A DNA stretch of 64,000 nucleotides from Candidatus Bipolaricaulota bacterium (GCA_035528115.1 DATKZF010000001.1:28508-92507); one strand, 5' to 3'; positions 1 to 9,034 are shown, numbered from the stretch's first letter. The notes: a model not told the origin generated them from the sequence alone. A program made the numbers and translations.

Positions 1-719
1 GCGAGTGGGCGGATAACGCCAAAATCACCGCGTATCAAAAATTATTGCTCGATAAAATTTTCGCGGGAGGATCGGAAACGGTTAAGTTGGCTGATTTGAA
101 AGAAAAATTCGATTACAAAGATTCAGCCGCGTATATCAAATCCGCCAAAGATTATATTGAAGAAAAAAAATATTACGTCAATCCCGTGGCGACCAAAGGG
201 CTGTTTATTCTTTTGGGCATGTTTATTTTAGGCGCGGGCATCATTTTTGGCGCGGGCGCGCAAAATATGGCTCTGTTTCTGGGCTGTGTTGTCAGCGCGA
301 TAATCGTCATCGTCTTTGGGATTTTCATGCCGAAAAAATCAAAAGAAGGCATGGACATGCTTTGGCATGTCAAGGGATTGAAAGAATATATCAATGTGGC
401 GGAAAAAGACAGAATCAAGGGCGAGGAAGCGGCCAATATTTTCAGTAAGGTTCTGCCGTTCGCCATGGTAATGGGCATGACTGAAAAATGGGTCACCGTG
501 TTTGACGGTATTTTAAAACAGCCGCCGGAATGGCTGGAAGTCCAAAATCCGAATGTTTTCGCCATTCCTTATTTGTACACGGCGCTAAATGGCTTTGAGT
601 CTCAAGCCAATAAAGGTTTTGCCCCTGCTTATCAAAGCGGCGGCTCATCGGGCTCGAGCGGTTTTTCGGGAGGTTCTTCAGGCGGAGGGTTTGGAGGAGG
701 AGGTGGAGGAAGCTGGTAA
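1..719 (+). CDS. DUF2207-family membrane protein, C-terminal part (5'-truncated by the window edge)
   Basis: Frame is open from position 3. Two TM helices, an LPFAMVMG motif and the characteristic Gly/Ser tail ending GGGGGGSW. Confidence 0.85.
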   Translation, partial: EWADNAKITAYQKLLLDKIFAGGSETVKLADLKEKFDYKDSAAYIKSAKDYIEEKKYYVNPVATKGLFILLGMFILGAGIIFGAGAQNMALFLGCVVSAIIVIVFGIFMPKKSKEGMDMLWHVKGLKEYINVAEKDRIKGEEAANIFSKVLPFAMVMGMTEKWVTVFDGILKQPPEWLEVQNPNVFAIPYLYTALNGFESQANKGFAPAYQSGGSSGSSGFSGGSSGGGFGGGGGGSW

Positions 720-734
720 ATCCCAAATCATAAT

Positions 735-1433
735 ATGGAAAATATTCGTTTGCAAAAATACCTGGCCGATTGCGGCATTGCTTCTCGTCGGAGCGCCGAA
801 GAATTGATTTTGCGTGGAAAAGTCAAAGTCAACGGAAAAACGGTTAAAGAACTTGGCGTCAAAGTTGATCTGAAAGATAAAGTTGAATTTAATGGCAAAA
901 TTGTAAAGCCCGAACAAAAGAAAATTTACATCATGCTCAATAAGCCAATCGGCTATTTATCGACTGTAAAAAAAGGCAAAGAAAAAGGCAAAACCGTTTT
1001 GGATTTGGTCAAAGTCAAAGAAAGATTATTTCCGATCGGCCGGCTGGATAAAGATTCGAGCGGACTTTTGATCTTAACCAATGATGGCGACTTGGCTTTG
1101 AAATTGACTCATCCCAGATTTGAAAAAGAAAAGGAATATTCGGTGACGGTTGATAAAGAAATCACCAAAAGTTTTATCGAGCAAATGAAAAAGGGGGTTA
1201 AAATAACGGAGGGCAAAACTTTGCCGGCCAAAGTTAAACAAACTGACTCAAAGAATTTTCAAATCGTTTTGCGAGAAGGCAAGAACAGGCAAATCAGGAG
1301 AATGTGCGAGAGTTTGGGCTATCGAGTCCGGAGTTTGAGCCGAATCAGAATCAATAAATTGAAACTGGCCGGATTGAAAAGCGGGGAATTCAGATATTTG
1401 AATGAAGAGGAGATTAAGAATCTCGTGTTATGA
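735..1433 (+). CDS. rRNA pseudouridine synthase, RsuA/RluB family
   Basis: N-terminal S4 domain (RLQKYLADCGIASRR), LNKP, catalytic GRLDKDSSGLL and EGKNRQIRRM. Confidence 0.95.
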   Translation: MENIRLQKYLADCGIASRRSAEELILRGKVKVNGKTVKELGVKVDLKDKVEFNGKIVKPEQKKIYIMLNKPIGYLSTVKKGKEKGKTVLDLVKVKERLFPIGRLDKDSSGLLILTNDGDLALKLTHPRFEKEKEYSVTVDKEITKSFIEQMKKGVKITEGKTLPAKVKQTDSKNFQIVLREGKNRQIRRMCESLGYRVRSLSRIRINKLKLAGLKSGEFRYLNEEEIKNLVL

Positions 1434-1435
1434 AT

Positions 1436-1536
1436 ATTGTTACGAATTACAAGATTCTAAGGCATATAGCTATAGATGAATGTAATTCGTAACAAATAAC
1501 CTGAAAGCTAAATAGAATATTGTAATTCGTAACAAT
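1436..1536. repeat. Modular inverted-repeat array A (three 16-bp sites, 17-bp perfect terminal inverted repeat)
   Basis: attgttacgaattacaa at 1436-1452 and ttgtaattcgtaacaat at 1520-1536, with an internal site at 1480-1495. Confidence 0.9.
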
Positions 1537-1588
1537 GCAACAATGAAGCAATGTGCTATAATTAAAATGAATATACAAATAAAAACAC

Positions 1589-2977
1589 ATGCTCTACAAA
1601 CCATGCGGAGCGGCGCGAGAAGTGACCGGCTCCAGACATTTATTTGAAATAAATAAAAATAAAATACTGTTTGATTGCGGCTTGTTTCAGGGCGGCAAAA
1701 GGGGCGAAGCGGACAAGAAAAACCGTGAGTTTTTGTTTGATCCCAAGGAAATAAAAGCTTTGGTTTTAAGCCACGCGCACATAGATCACGCCGGCATCAT
1801 TCCGCGATTGGTAAAATTAGGTTTTAAGGGATTCATTCATTCTACGGCCATCACCAAGGAATTGGTGGAGCTATTGTTGCTTGATTCAGTAAAAATTCAA
1901 AAACAAGACGCCAGATACAGCGGCCGGCACCTGAATAGAAAAATCGAGCCGCTCTATAATGAGGTTGATGTCAGAAAGGCCGTCAGTTTGTTCGTTGTTC
2001 ATTCTTATCACGACGAGTTTAAGCCGATCAAAGGCGCGACCATCGAGTTTTTCGACGCCGGACATGTTTTGGGCTCGGCCATAACGTTGGCGAATTTCAA
2101 CGAAGCGTCTCGAAATTTGAAATTGATCTACACCGGAGATTTGGGCAGAAAAAATTTGCCTATCTTAAATGATCCGGAACAAGTCGAGAAAGGAGATGTT
2201 TTGATCACCGAAACGACTTATGCCAGCCACTTGCATGAATCAAATCTTCAAGCCAAGCAAGAGATCGAATGGATCATCAATGACGTGGTCGGCCGCGGTG
2301 GAAAAATAATCGTGCCAGGATTTTCGCTCGAGCGCACTCAGGAACTGGTTTATATTTTGAATCAGCTGTATCAGGAGAAGAAAATTCCGCCGGTGCCCGT
2401 TTTTGTGGACAGTCCGCTGTCAACCAAGATTTCCAAAGTGTTTATGAGGCATCCGGAAGCCTATGACAAAGAAACCGCGCAGGAGTTTTTGCAAAAAAAG
2501 AAAAGTCCATTTTATTTCGACAGTTTGAAATATATTACGGACAAGGAGGACTCGCAAAAATTGAATTCATTCAAAAAATCCTGCATTATAATTTCCGCTT
2601 CTGGCATGTGCGAGGCGGGCAGGATCGTGCATCACTTGAAGTTCAATGTCAGCGACGCCAAAAATTTGATCCTGGTCGTCGGCTACATGGCCAAAGGCAC
2701 CTTGGGCAGGCAATTGGTGGAAAAGCAAAATTATGTTTACATTTTGGGCGAAAAATATCCGCTGCGAGCGCAGGTGGTCGTGCTGAATTCATTTTCCGCT
2801 CACGCGGACAAGCCCGAGTTGCTTGAATTCGCCGGTAATATAAAGGGATTGAAAAAAATATTTTGCGTTCACGGCGAAGAAACGGAAAGTTTGGTGATGA
2901 GGGATAATCTGTATAATATCAATAAATTCACGGGTAAAGTCGAAGTCCCGAGATTGGGAGAAACTTTTATTTTGTGA
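1589..2977 (+). CDS. MBL-fold metallo-hydrolase, beta-CASP ribonuclease family
   Basis: Motifs GAAREVTGS, SHAHIDH, AGHVLGS, TGDLG, SASGM and FSAHAD...HGE. Confidence 0.92.
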   Translation: MLYKPCGAAREVTGSRHLFEINKNKILFDCGLFQGGKRGEADKKNREFLFDPKEIKALVLSHAHIDHAGIIPRLVKLGFKGFIHSTAITKELVELLLLDSVKIQKQDARYSGRHLNRKIEPLYNEVDVRKAVSLFVVHSYHDEFKPIKGATIEFFDAGHVLGSAITLANFNEASRNLKLIYTGDLGRKNLPILNDPEQVEKGDVLITETTYASHLHESNLQAKQEIEWIINDVVGRGGKIIVPGFSLERTQELVYILNQLYQEKKIPPVPVFVDSPLSTKISKVFMRHPEAYDKETAQEFLQKKKSPFYFDSLKYITDKEDSQKLNSFKKSCIIISASGMCEAGRIVHHLKFNVSDAKNLILVVGYMAKGTLGRQLVEKQNYVYILGEKYPLRAQVVVLNSFSAHADKPELLEFAGNIKGLKKIFCVHGEETESLVMRDNLYNINKFTGKVEVPRLGETFIL

Positions 2978-2978
2978 T

Positions 2979-3911
2979 ATGAATTTCGTCGATCAAATTT
3001 ATAAAAAAATAGTCAATATTGAAATTCAGGGCGCGACGAGTGTCTGCGAGGCCGTGCTTTTGGCGCTGAAAAAAGAGTCGGCTGACAAAAAAATGAAAAC
3101 TTCCGCCGATTTGATAAGAAGTTTGCATCGGGTCGGCCATTATTTGAGCCGCGCCAGAGCGACCGAACCAATGGCCGAAAACGCGGTCAGGTTTGTCGAG
3201 CATCATTTGAGGCAAAATAGGGAAATGGAATTGAAAGAATTGAGAGTTTTAATAAAGCGCGGCATTGACGGATTTTTGTTTCGCTTGGCGACCAATAAAA
3301 AAAATATTCGCGATGTCGGCGAGCGGTTGATTGAAGACGAAGACAATGTCTTCACCCATTGCCATTCGTCAACGGTGATCGATGTTTTGGCCGAGGCGAA
3401 AAAGAACAAGAAGAAAATTCATGTTTTCAATACGGAAACCAGGCCTCTTTTTCAAGGCAGAATCACCTCAAAGGAATTGATTAAGAAAAAAATTGAAAAC
3501 ACGCAGGTCGTTGATTCGGCCGGACCGTTTTTCGTCAGTCAATACACAAAAGATTATGACATGGATGTTTTGTTGCTGGGTTGCGATGCTATTTCCCAAA
3601 GCGGTGACGCCGTGAATAAGATCGGTTCGCTCGGCTTGGCTTTGGCGGCCAAAGAAGCTGATATTCCCGTTTACATCGCCACGCAATCTTTAAAATTGGA
3701 TCTTGACGCCAAATATTTGAAAAATTTGGAAATTGAAAAGCGTCCAAGCAAGGAGATTTGGCCCGGCGCGCCGGAAGGCGTTGAAATAATCAATTACGCT
3801 TTTGATATTATTCCGGCCAAATACATTACCGGTTTCATTACCGAACTCGGCGTCCTAAAGCCGAAGCGTTTGGCCAAAAGCGTCAAAGCGGCTTACCCGT
3901 TTTTAATATGA
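2979..3911 (+). CDS. Ribose-1,5-bisphosphate isomerase (eIF-2B-like family)
   Basis: IQGA, THCHSS (catalytic Cys), ETRPLFQG, GCDAI (catalytic Asp), NKIGS and AFDIIP. Located next to RuBisCO and AMP phosphorylase. Confidence 0.88.
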   Translation: MNFVDQIYKKIVNIEIQGATSVCEAVLLALKKESADKKMKTSADLIRSLHRVGHYLSRARATEPMAENAVRFVEHHLRQNREMELKELRVLIKRGIDGFLFRLATNKKNIRDVGERLIEDEDNVFTHCHSSTVIDVLAEAKKNKKKIHVFNTETRPLFQGRITSKELIKKKIENTQVVDSAGPFFVSQYTKDYDMDVLLLGCDAISQSGDAVNKIGSLGLALAAKEADIPVYIATQSLKLDLDAKYLKNLEIEKRPSKEIWPGAPEGVEIINYAFDIIPAKYITGFITELGVLKPKRLAKSVKAAYPFLI

Positions 3912-4354
3912 TTAAGTTGATCATTTGGGATTTGCTTGGCGTGCTCTATGAAAACGGGGAAGTCAATCCGTTTGCTCGGGCAATCTTAGCTGAATTTGAA
4001 AAAAAGAGTATTGAAAACGTTTGCGTCAGCAATCTTTCACCGGACACGGTTCATCGACTCGCTGAGCAATTAAATATCAAACATGTTATAATATGCCAAG
4101 AAGAAGGTTTTTCTAAGAAAGAAACGCCGGTTTACGAAAAGGTCTTGTCCGATTTTAAAGTAAAAGCAAATGAGGTTTTATTTATTGACGATAATGAGAG
4201 CAATTTGGCGGCCGCGCGAAAAATAGGTATAAAAACGGCCGTTTTTAGAGGAAAAAAGGGCAATGCGGATTTTGCGATTGATGATTTGGTAGATGTTTGG
4301 GGGATACTTGCACATATCATGGATCATGCCTGCCCGCCGACCTGTCCGCCGTAG
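3908..4354 (+). CDS. HAD-superfamily hydrolase
   Basis: IIWDLLGVL motif I, SN, K and FIDD...NL. The last residues (ACPPTCPP) are encoded by an inserted palindromic element. Confidence 0.8.
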   Translation: MIKLIIWDLLGVLYENGEVNPFARAILAEFEKKSIENVCVSNLSPDTVHRLAEQLNIKHVIICQEEGFSKKETPVYEKVLSDFKVKANEVLFIDDNESNLAAARKIGIKTAVFRGKKGNADFAIDDLVDVWGILAHIMDHACPPTCPP

Positions 4355-4390
4355 CTTCACCGGAGGCGGAAGCTTAAGAGCGAAGGCGGG
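4329..4390 (-). mobile_element. Nested small palindromic elements (30-bp element at 4341-4370 inside a related 32-bp copy)
   Basis: cctgcccgccga[cctgtccgccgtagcttcaccggaggcgga]agcttaagagcgaaggcggg. Same family as 51669-51698 and 51995-52024. Confidence 0.75.
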
Positions 4391-4408
4391 GATCACGTAT
4401 CATGGAGC

Positions 4409-4572
4409 ATTGTTACGAATTAAAATCATCGAGTAGGCCGATTAATACATTTTACGAATTACATTCACTTATAGCTTTATGCCTAAGCATCTTGTAATAC
4501 GTAACAAATTACCTAAAAGCTAAATAGAATCTTGTAATTCGTAACAATGAAACAATGGAGCAATGGAGCAAT
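4409..4572. repeat. Modular inverted-repeat array B (four sites) followed by caatggag octamer repeats
   Basis: Sites at 4410, 4449, 4492 and 4532. The central spacer is the reverse complement of the one in array A. Confidence 0.88.
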
Positions 4573-4635
4573 CTTCGCCTTGTAATCCCGGTTTCCGGTT
4601 TCAAATTACCCATTATCGATTACTAACCATAAAAT

Positions 4636-5901
4636 ATGTCCTCAATAAAATTCGTTGAAATCGGCTACAAACCAAAGGTTGAAAAGGAGCTGATCGCTAC
4701 TTTTTACATGGAGCCGCATAAAGTTAAATTTCACGAAGCGGCGGACGCCGTGGCCGGCGAAAGCTCAATCGGGTCTTGGACGGAGCTGAAAACCTTGAGT
4801 CCGAAAACCGCAGTTCGTCTGAAGGCGCGGGTGTTTTATATCAACGAGAAAAAAAAGATCATCAAAATAGCTTATCCCATGGATTTGTTCGAGAAAGGCA
4901 GTATCCCGCAGTTGCTTTCAAGTCTGGGCGGTAACATTTTCGGCATGAAAGCCGTGAAAAATTTGCGTTGGCAAGATATTGAATTTCCAAAAAAATACAT
5001 TGATTCTTTCATGGGACCGGCTTTCGGAATTGAAGGAATCAGAAAAATTTTAAAAGTGAAAAACAGAGTTCTTTTGGGCAGTATCATCAAGCCGAAAGTG
5101 GGTTTGTCCGCCTTGGCGCAAGCCAAATTATCCGCGGTCGTCTGGCTCAACGGCATTGACTTGATCAAAGACGATGAGAATTTGACGGACATGGCTTTCA
5201 ATCGATTCGAAGATCGAGTGAAAAAAGTTTTTGAATGGAAGCGCAAAGTGGAAAAGGAAACCAAACAAGAAAAACTTTACGCCTGCAATATTACGGCCAC
5301 GCCTGATGAAATGCTCAGACGCGCCAAGTTGGTTAAAAAATACGGAGGCAGGTGCGTAATGATCGATTTGGTCTCGGTCGGTTTGGACAATGTCCAGTAT
5401 TTGCGAAAACAAAAATTAGGTTTGATAATTCACGGCCATCGAGCCGGTCACGCCATGTTCACTCGGTACAAAAAGCACGGCATGAGCATGCTTGTTTTGG
5501 CCAAGTTGTCCAGATTGGCCGGCATTGATCAATTGCACACGGGCACGGTTGTCGGTAAAATGGAAGGCAATGAAGAAGAGGTCATGACAGTCAATAATTT
5601 GCTTAAAGAAGATTGGGCCGCGTATAATGTCGTCAGAGAAGATTGGAGCAATATTAAGCCGGTGATGCCGATAGCGTCGGGCGGCTTGCATCCCGGGTTA
5701 TTGCCGAAATTGATTGAGATATTGGGGCAGGATTTGATTGTTAATTTCGGCGCGGGCATTCACGGACATCCTGACGGCTCGGCTGCCGGCGCCAGAGCCT
5801 GCTATCAAGCGGCCGAAGCGATCAGTAAAGGCATTGATTTGAAAAAATACGCTGAGGATCATGTTGAATTGGCCAGAGCGTTGGAGTATTGGAAATCCTG
5901 A
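4636..5901 (+). CDS. rbcL: RuBisCO large subunit, form III-like
   Basis: ESSIGSW, GNIFGMK, IKPKVG, KDDENL, HGHRAGH, HTGTVVGKMEG, SGGLHPG and GIHGHP. No small subunit adjacent. Confidence 0.95.
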   Translation: MSSIKFVEIGYKPKVEKELIATFYMEPHKVKFHEAADAVAGESSIGSWTELKTLSPKTAVRLKARVFYINEKKKIIKIAYPMDLFEKGSIPQLLSSLGGNIFGMKAVKNLRWQDIEFPKKYIDSFMGPAFGIEGIRKILKVKNRVLLGSIIKPKVGLSALAQAKLSAVVWLNGIDLIKDDENLTDMAFNRFEDRVKKVFEWKRKVEKETKQEKLYACNITATPDEMLRRAKLVKKYGGRCVMIDLVSVGLDNVQYLRKQKLGLIIHGHRAGHAMFTRYKKHGMSMLVLAKLSRLAGIDQLHTGTVVGKMEGNEEEVMTVNNLLKEDWAAYNVVREDWSNIKPVMPIASGGLHPGLLPKLIEILGQDLIVNFGAGIHGHPDGSAAGARACYQAAEAISKGIDLKKYAEDHVELARALEYWKS

Positions 5902-5904
5902 CGG

Positions 5905-6220
5905 ATGTTACGAATTACAAGATTCACTTTGGCTTACAAACGGTTGTTACGAATTACAAGATTCTAAGGCATATTTTCTAGCTATAGATGAATGTAATTC
6001 GTAACAAATAACCTAAAAGCTAAACAGAATATTGTAATTCGTAACAGATAACCTGAAAGCTAAATAGAAGATTGTAATTCGTAACATAAACGTATTCGTA
6101 ATAAACGATTAACCAAAGACCAAGGCTAGCTTATTAGCCGTAATGATTTGTAACGTATTCGTAACAAATATAACGCCAAGGCTAGCTAATTTAGAAGCAA
6201 TTATTTGTAACATGTAACGT
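5905..6220. repeat. Modular inverted-repeat array C (five full sites plus a degenerate tail with two ccaaggctagc units)
   Basis: Sites at 5905, 5944, 5992, 6032 and 6072. A 40-bp unit is tandemly duplicated at 6006-6085. The tail ends gtaacgt directly before the ATG at 6221. Confidence 0.92.
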
Positions 6221-7723
6221 ATGGCTTTTTACCTAAAATGCAAAAAACTAGATTTCTCCACGGGCGACAAGCAAATCGTGGTGATCAATGATGAAGAAGC
6301 TGAAAGCTACGGCATTTATCCGGGAGATCGCTTGCTTTTGCAATGGAGCAAAAATAAAAAAGCGGCGGTGATCGCGGATACCACGGCCTCCAAAGTCAGG
6401 CCCGGCGAAATCGGTTTGTTTTCGGAAGTTTGGCGCAAATCCAATGTTGAATCGGGAGATATAGTGGAAGTGAATATCATGTCCAGACCTTTGTCCATTG
6501 AAACGATCAGAAAAAAGCTTTTGGGAAAACCCGTTACGTATGAAGAAATTTACGCGGTAATTAAGGATATTGTGGACGGCACGCTGGGTACCGTAGAGAC
6601 CACCTATTACGCGGCTTCAAGTTTCGTCAAAGACTATTCGATAGACGAACTTTATTATGTGGCCAAGGCCATGGCCGAAACGGGCGAGCAAATGGAATTG
6701 AAAGAGCGGATGGTGGACAAACATTCGGTCGGCGGTTTGGCCGGCAACAGAGTGACCCCTCTGGTCGTGTCCATTGTGGCTTCCTTGGGTTTGTATATTC
6801 CCAAAACGTCTTCTCGGGCGATCACGTCTCCGGCCGGCACGGCCGACACCATGGAAGTGATTTGTCCCGTTTCTTTTTCAATGGCGGAAATAAAAAAAAT
6901 AGTCAAAAAAACTCACGGCTGTTTTGTTTGGGGCGGCGGTCTTAATCTCGCGCCCGCCGATGATAAAATCATTAAAGTCTCCAGGCCGCTGGCGTTTGAG
7001 CCTTACGATAAAATGATTGTCAGCATTTTAGCCAAAAAGGTGGCCATGGGAGTTGATGATTTGGTTTTGGATATTCCGGTCGGTCCTTCGACCAAAGTGC
7101 CGGACATGGTTAAAGCCAACATGATTGAAAAAAAATTCATGGCCCTAGGCAAACGATTCGGCATGAAAATCAAAGCGGTGAAAACCAAAGCTTTGGAGCC
7201 GGTGGGCGACGGTATCGGGCCGGCCCTGGAAGCGCGCGATATTTTCCGCGTTTTGCAAAGGCATAAATTTCGACCGCTTGATTTGGAGAAAAAAGCCATT
7301 TTATTAGCGGGCGAGTTGCTCGAGCTCAATGGTTTCGCGAAAAAAGGCCATGGCAAAGCCATGGCCATGCAACAGCTTAAATCAAGCGCGGCCTGGGAGA
7401 AAATGAATGAAATCGTGGTGGCGCAAGGAGGCAAAGCCAACCAGCATTCCGAGGATTTCACTTCCGGAGCCAAGCGATATGAAATTCACGCGAAAAAGTC
7501 CGGCAAAGTGACGGCCATTGACAATAAAGCGATCAATGAAATTTGCATGAATTTGGGCGCTCCGAGCGACAAATTGGCCGGACTGCACCTCCATGTTCAT
7601 TATGGCGCCAAGGTTAAAAAAGGCGATAAATTGTTCACCGTTTACGGCTCATCGGATGACAGGCTGAAATTGGGCGTTTTGGCCAGCCGGGAGGTGGAAA
7701 TTTTCAAGATAAGCAAGAAATAA
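6221..7723 (+). CDS. deoA: AMP (NMP) phosphorylase, thymidine phosphorylase family
   Basis: N-terminal double-psi-barrel-like extension, DKHSVGGLAGN, PKTSSRAITSPAGTAD, LAPADD and GIGPALEA. Confidence 0.93.
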   Translation: MAFYLKCKKLDFSTGDKQIVVINDEEAESYGIYPGDRLLLQWSKNKKAAVIADTTASKVRPGEIGLFSEVWRKSNVESGDIVEVNIMSRPLSIETIRKKLLGKPVTYEEIYAVIKDIVDGTLGTVETTYYAASSFVKDYSIDELYYVAKAMAETGEQMELKERMVDKHSVGGLAGNRVTPLVVSIVASLGLYIPKTSSRAITSPAGTADTMEVICPVSFSMAEIKKIVKKTHGCFVWGGGLNLAPADDKIIKVSRPLAFEPYDKMIVSILAKKVAMGVDDLVLDIPVGPSTKVPDMVKANMIEKKFMALGKRFGMKIKAVKTKALEPVGDGIGPALEARDIFRVLQRHKFRPLDLEKKAILLAGELLELNGFAKKGHGKAMAMQQLKSSAAWEKMNEIVVAQGGKANQHSEDFTSGAKRYEIHAKKSGKVTAIDNKAINEICMNLGAPSDKLAGLHLHVHYGAKVKKGDKLFTVYGSSDDRLKLGVLASREVEIFKISKK

Positions 7724-7788
7724 TCGGCGCTGTTGCATTGCCGGATATTCTTTGATAATATATATTCATAAATAATAATTTCTATACT

Positions 7789-8532
7789 ATGGAAAAAAAT
7801 AAATCGAATTTTTGGATGGGATTTTTCGTGGGCTTGGCTTGCGTCAGTTTATTGTGTTTTTTGGGCTTGTTGATTTTCGTCTTCAGTCAGGGTGAAAACG
7901 TTAATTTGGCGGAGAAGGTTCAAGCGCAAGACGAACAGGATGTTGTCAGCGACATTAATCCGGTCGAGCAATATGCCGCGATTCCTCCATTGACGGCCGA
8001 TGACTATGTCAAAGGCGATCCGAACGCCAAAGTCGTTTTAATCGAATATTCGGATTTTGAATGTCCTTATTGTTTAATGCATTCGCAAACCATGGAACAA
8101 ATTGAAGATTTTTACGGCAATCAAATTGCCATCTCGTTCAGAAATTTTCCGCTGTCGTTTCATCCCGAGGCTCAAAAAGCGGCTGAAGCGGCTGAATGCG
8201 CGGGAGTTCAAGGCAAGTTTTGGGAAATGCATGACAAGCTTTTTGACATGAATGAGGCCGGAACACTTGGTTTGGATAATTTCAAGGCCGCGGCCAAAGA
8301 GTTGGGTTTGAACACGACAAAATTCAATCAATGCTTGGATGGCGGCGAAATGGCGGCCAGGATCGCAGAGCAGGCTTCCTTGGCGCAACAAGCCGGAGTA
8401 TCCGGCACGCCGGCGACTTTCGTGAACGGAGATTTGGTCAGCGGAGCCAGGCCGTTAGAGGATTTTACGGATCAAGATGGAAATTTGGCGCCGGGATTTC
8501 AAACTATTATCGAAACTTATTTGGGTGAATAA
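7789..8532 (+). CDS. DsbA-family thioredoxin-fold protein with N-terminal membrane anchor
   Basis: EYSDFECPYC, FPLSFH, AAECAG, GKFWEMHD and GVSGTP. Confidence 0.92.
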   Translation: MEKNKSNFWMGFFVGLACVSLLCFLGLLIFVFSQGENVNLAEKVQAQDEQDVVSDINPVEQYAAIPPLTADDYVKGDPNAKVVLIEYSDFECPYCLMHSQTMEQIEDFYGNQIAISFRNFPLSFHPEAQKAAEAAECAGVQGKFWEMHDKLFDMNEAGTLGLDNFKAAAKELGLNTTKFNQCLDGGEMAARIAEQASLAQQAGVSGTPATFVNGDLVSGARPLEDFTDQDGNLAPGFQTIIETYLGE

Positions 8533-8546
8533 TTACAACGAAACAT

Positions 8547-8573
8547 AAAAAGACCGCGAGAAGCGGTCTTTTT
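8547..8573. terminator. Bidirectional intrinsic terminator
   Basis: aaaagaccgc-gagaa-gcggtcttttt between convergent genes. Confidence 0.75.
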
Positions 8574-8610
8574 AAAATTAAAAAAGGTCAGCCGTGATGA
8601 TAGCTGAACC

Positions 8611-8814
8611 TTAGGCGAATTCGCGAGTTTTGCCCGTGCCTTCGCACTTGGGGCAGGGGGCGTCCGTTTCGACCGTGCGCTCGCCGCGGCAGTTCGTGCA
8701 GACGAAAAGCACGGACGTCTTGTTGTTGCCATTGCCGCCGCAGGTCGGGCAGGGTTCGATTTTTTTCCCGGTTCCCAAGCAATCCGTGCAAGTGACTTCG
8801 CAGATCCTCGTCAT
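8611..8814 (-). CDS. Small standalone DnaJ-type zinc-finger protein (four CxxCxGxG-like repeats)
   Basis: CTDCLGTG, CPTCGGNG, CTNCRGER and CPKCEGTG. AAAGGA SD and a TTTACA-17-TAAATT promoter upstream. Confidence 0.75.
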   Translation of the reverse strand: MTRICEVTCTDCLGTGKKIEPCPTCGGNGNNKTSVLFVCTNCRGERTVETDAPCPKCEGTGKTREFA

Positions 8815-8946
8815 GGCATTGTTCCTTTCCGCGGGTTGTTGTTTTGCCTCGAAAAGTTAATTTAGCACGATATTTGGAATTTGTAAAGAGTTGGCTTTTG
8901 GGAAATTTTAGATAAAAAAACGCTTAAAAATAAGCGAAAAAGGCTG

Positions 8947-9034
8947 TGGCGGAGAGGACAGGACTCGAACCTGCAAGTCCCTTGCGGGACGCACGCTTTC
9001 CAAGCGTGTGCCTTACCATTCGGCGCACCTCTCC
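8947..9034 (-). tRNA. tRNA-Ser(GGA)
   Basis: Reverse complement GGAGAGG...CACGC-TT-GGA-AA-GCGTG, long variable arm, GTTCGAGTC T-loop and CCA end. Confidence 0.96.

Noticed and set aside
5905-6220. CRISPR array
   Set aside because: The repeats are only 16 bp and switch orientation within the array. Spacers are short, related to each other and reused between loci, and there are no cas genes in the window.
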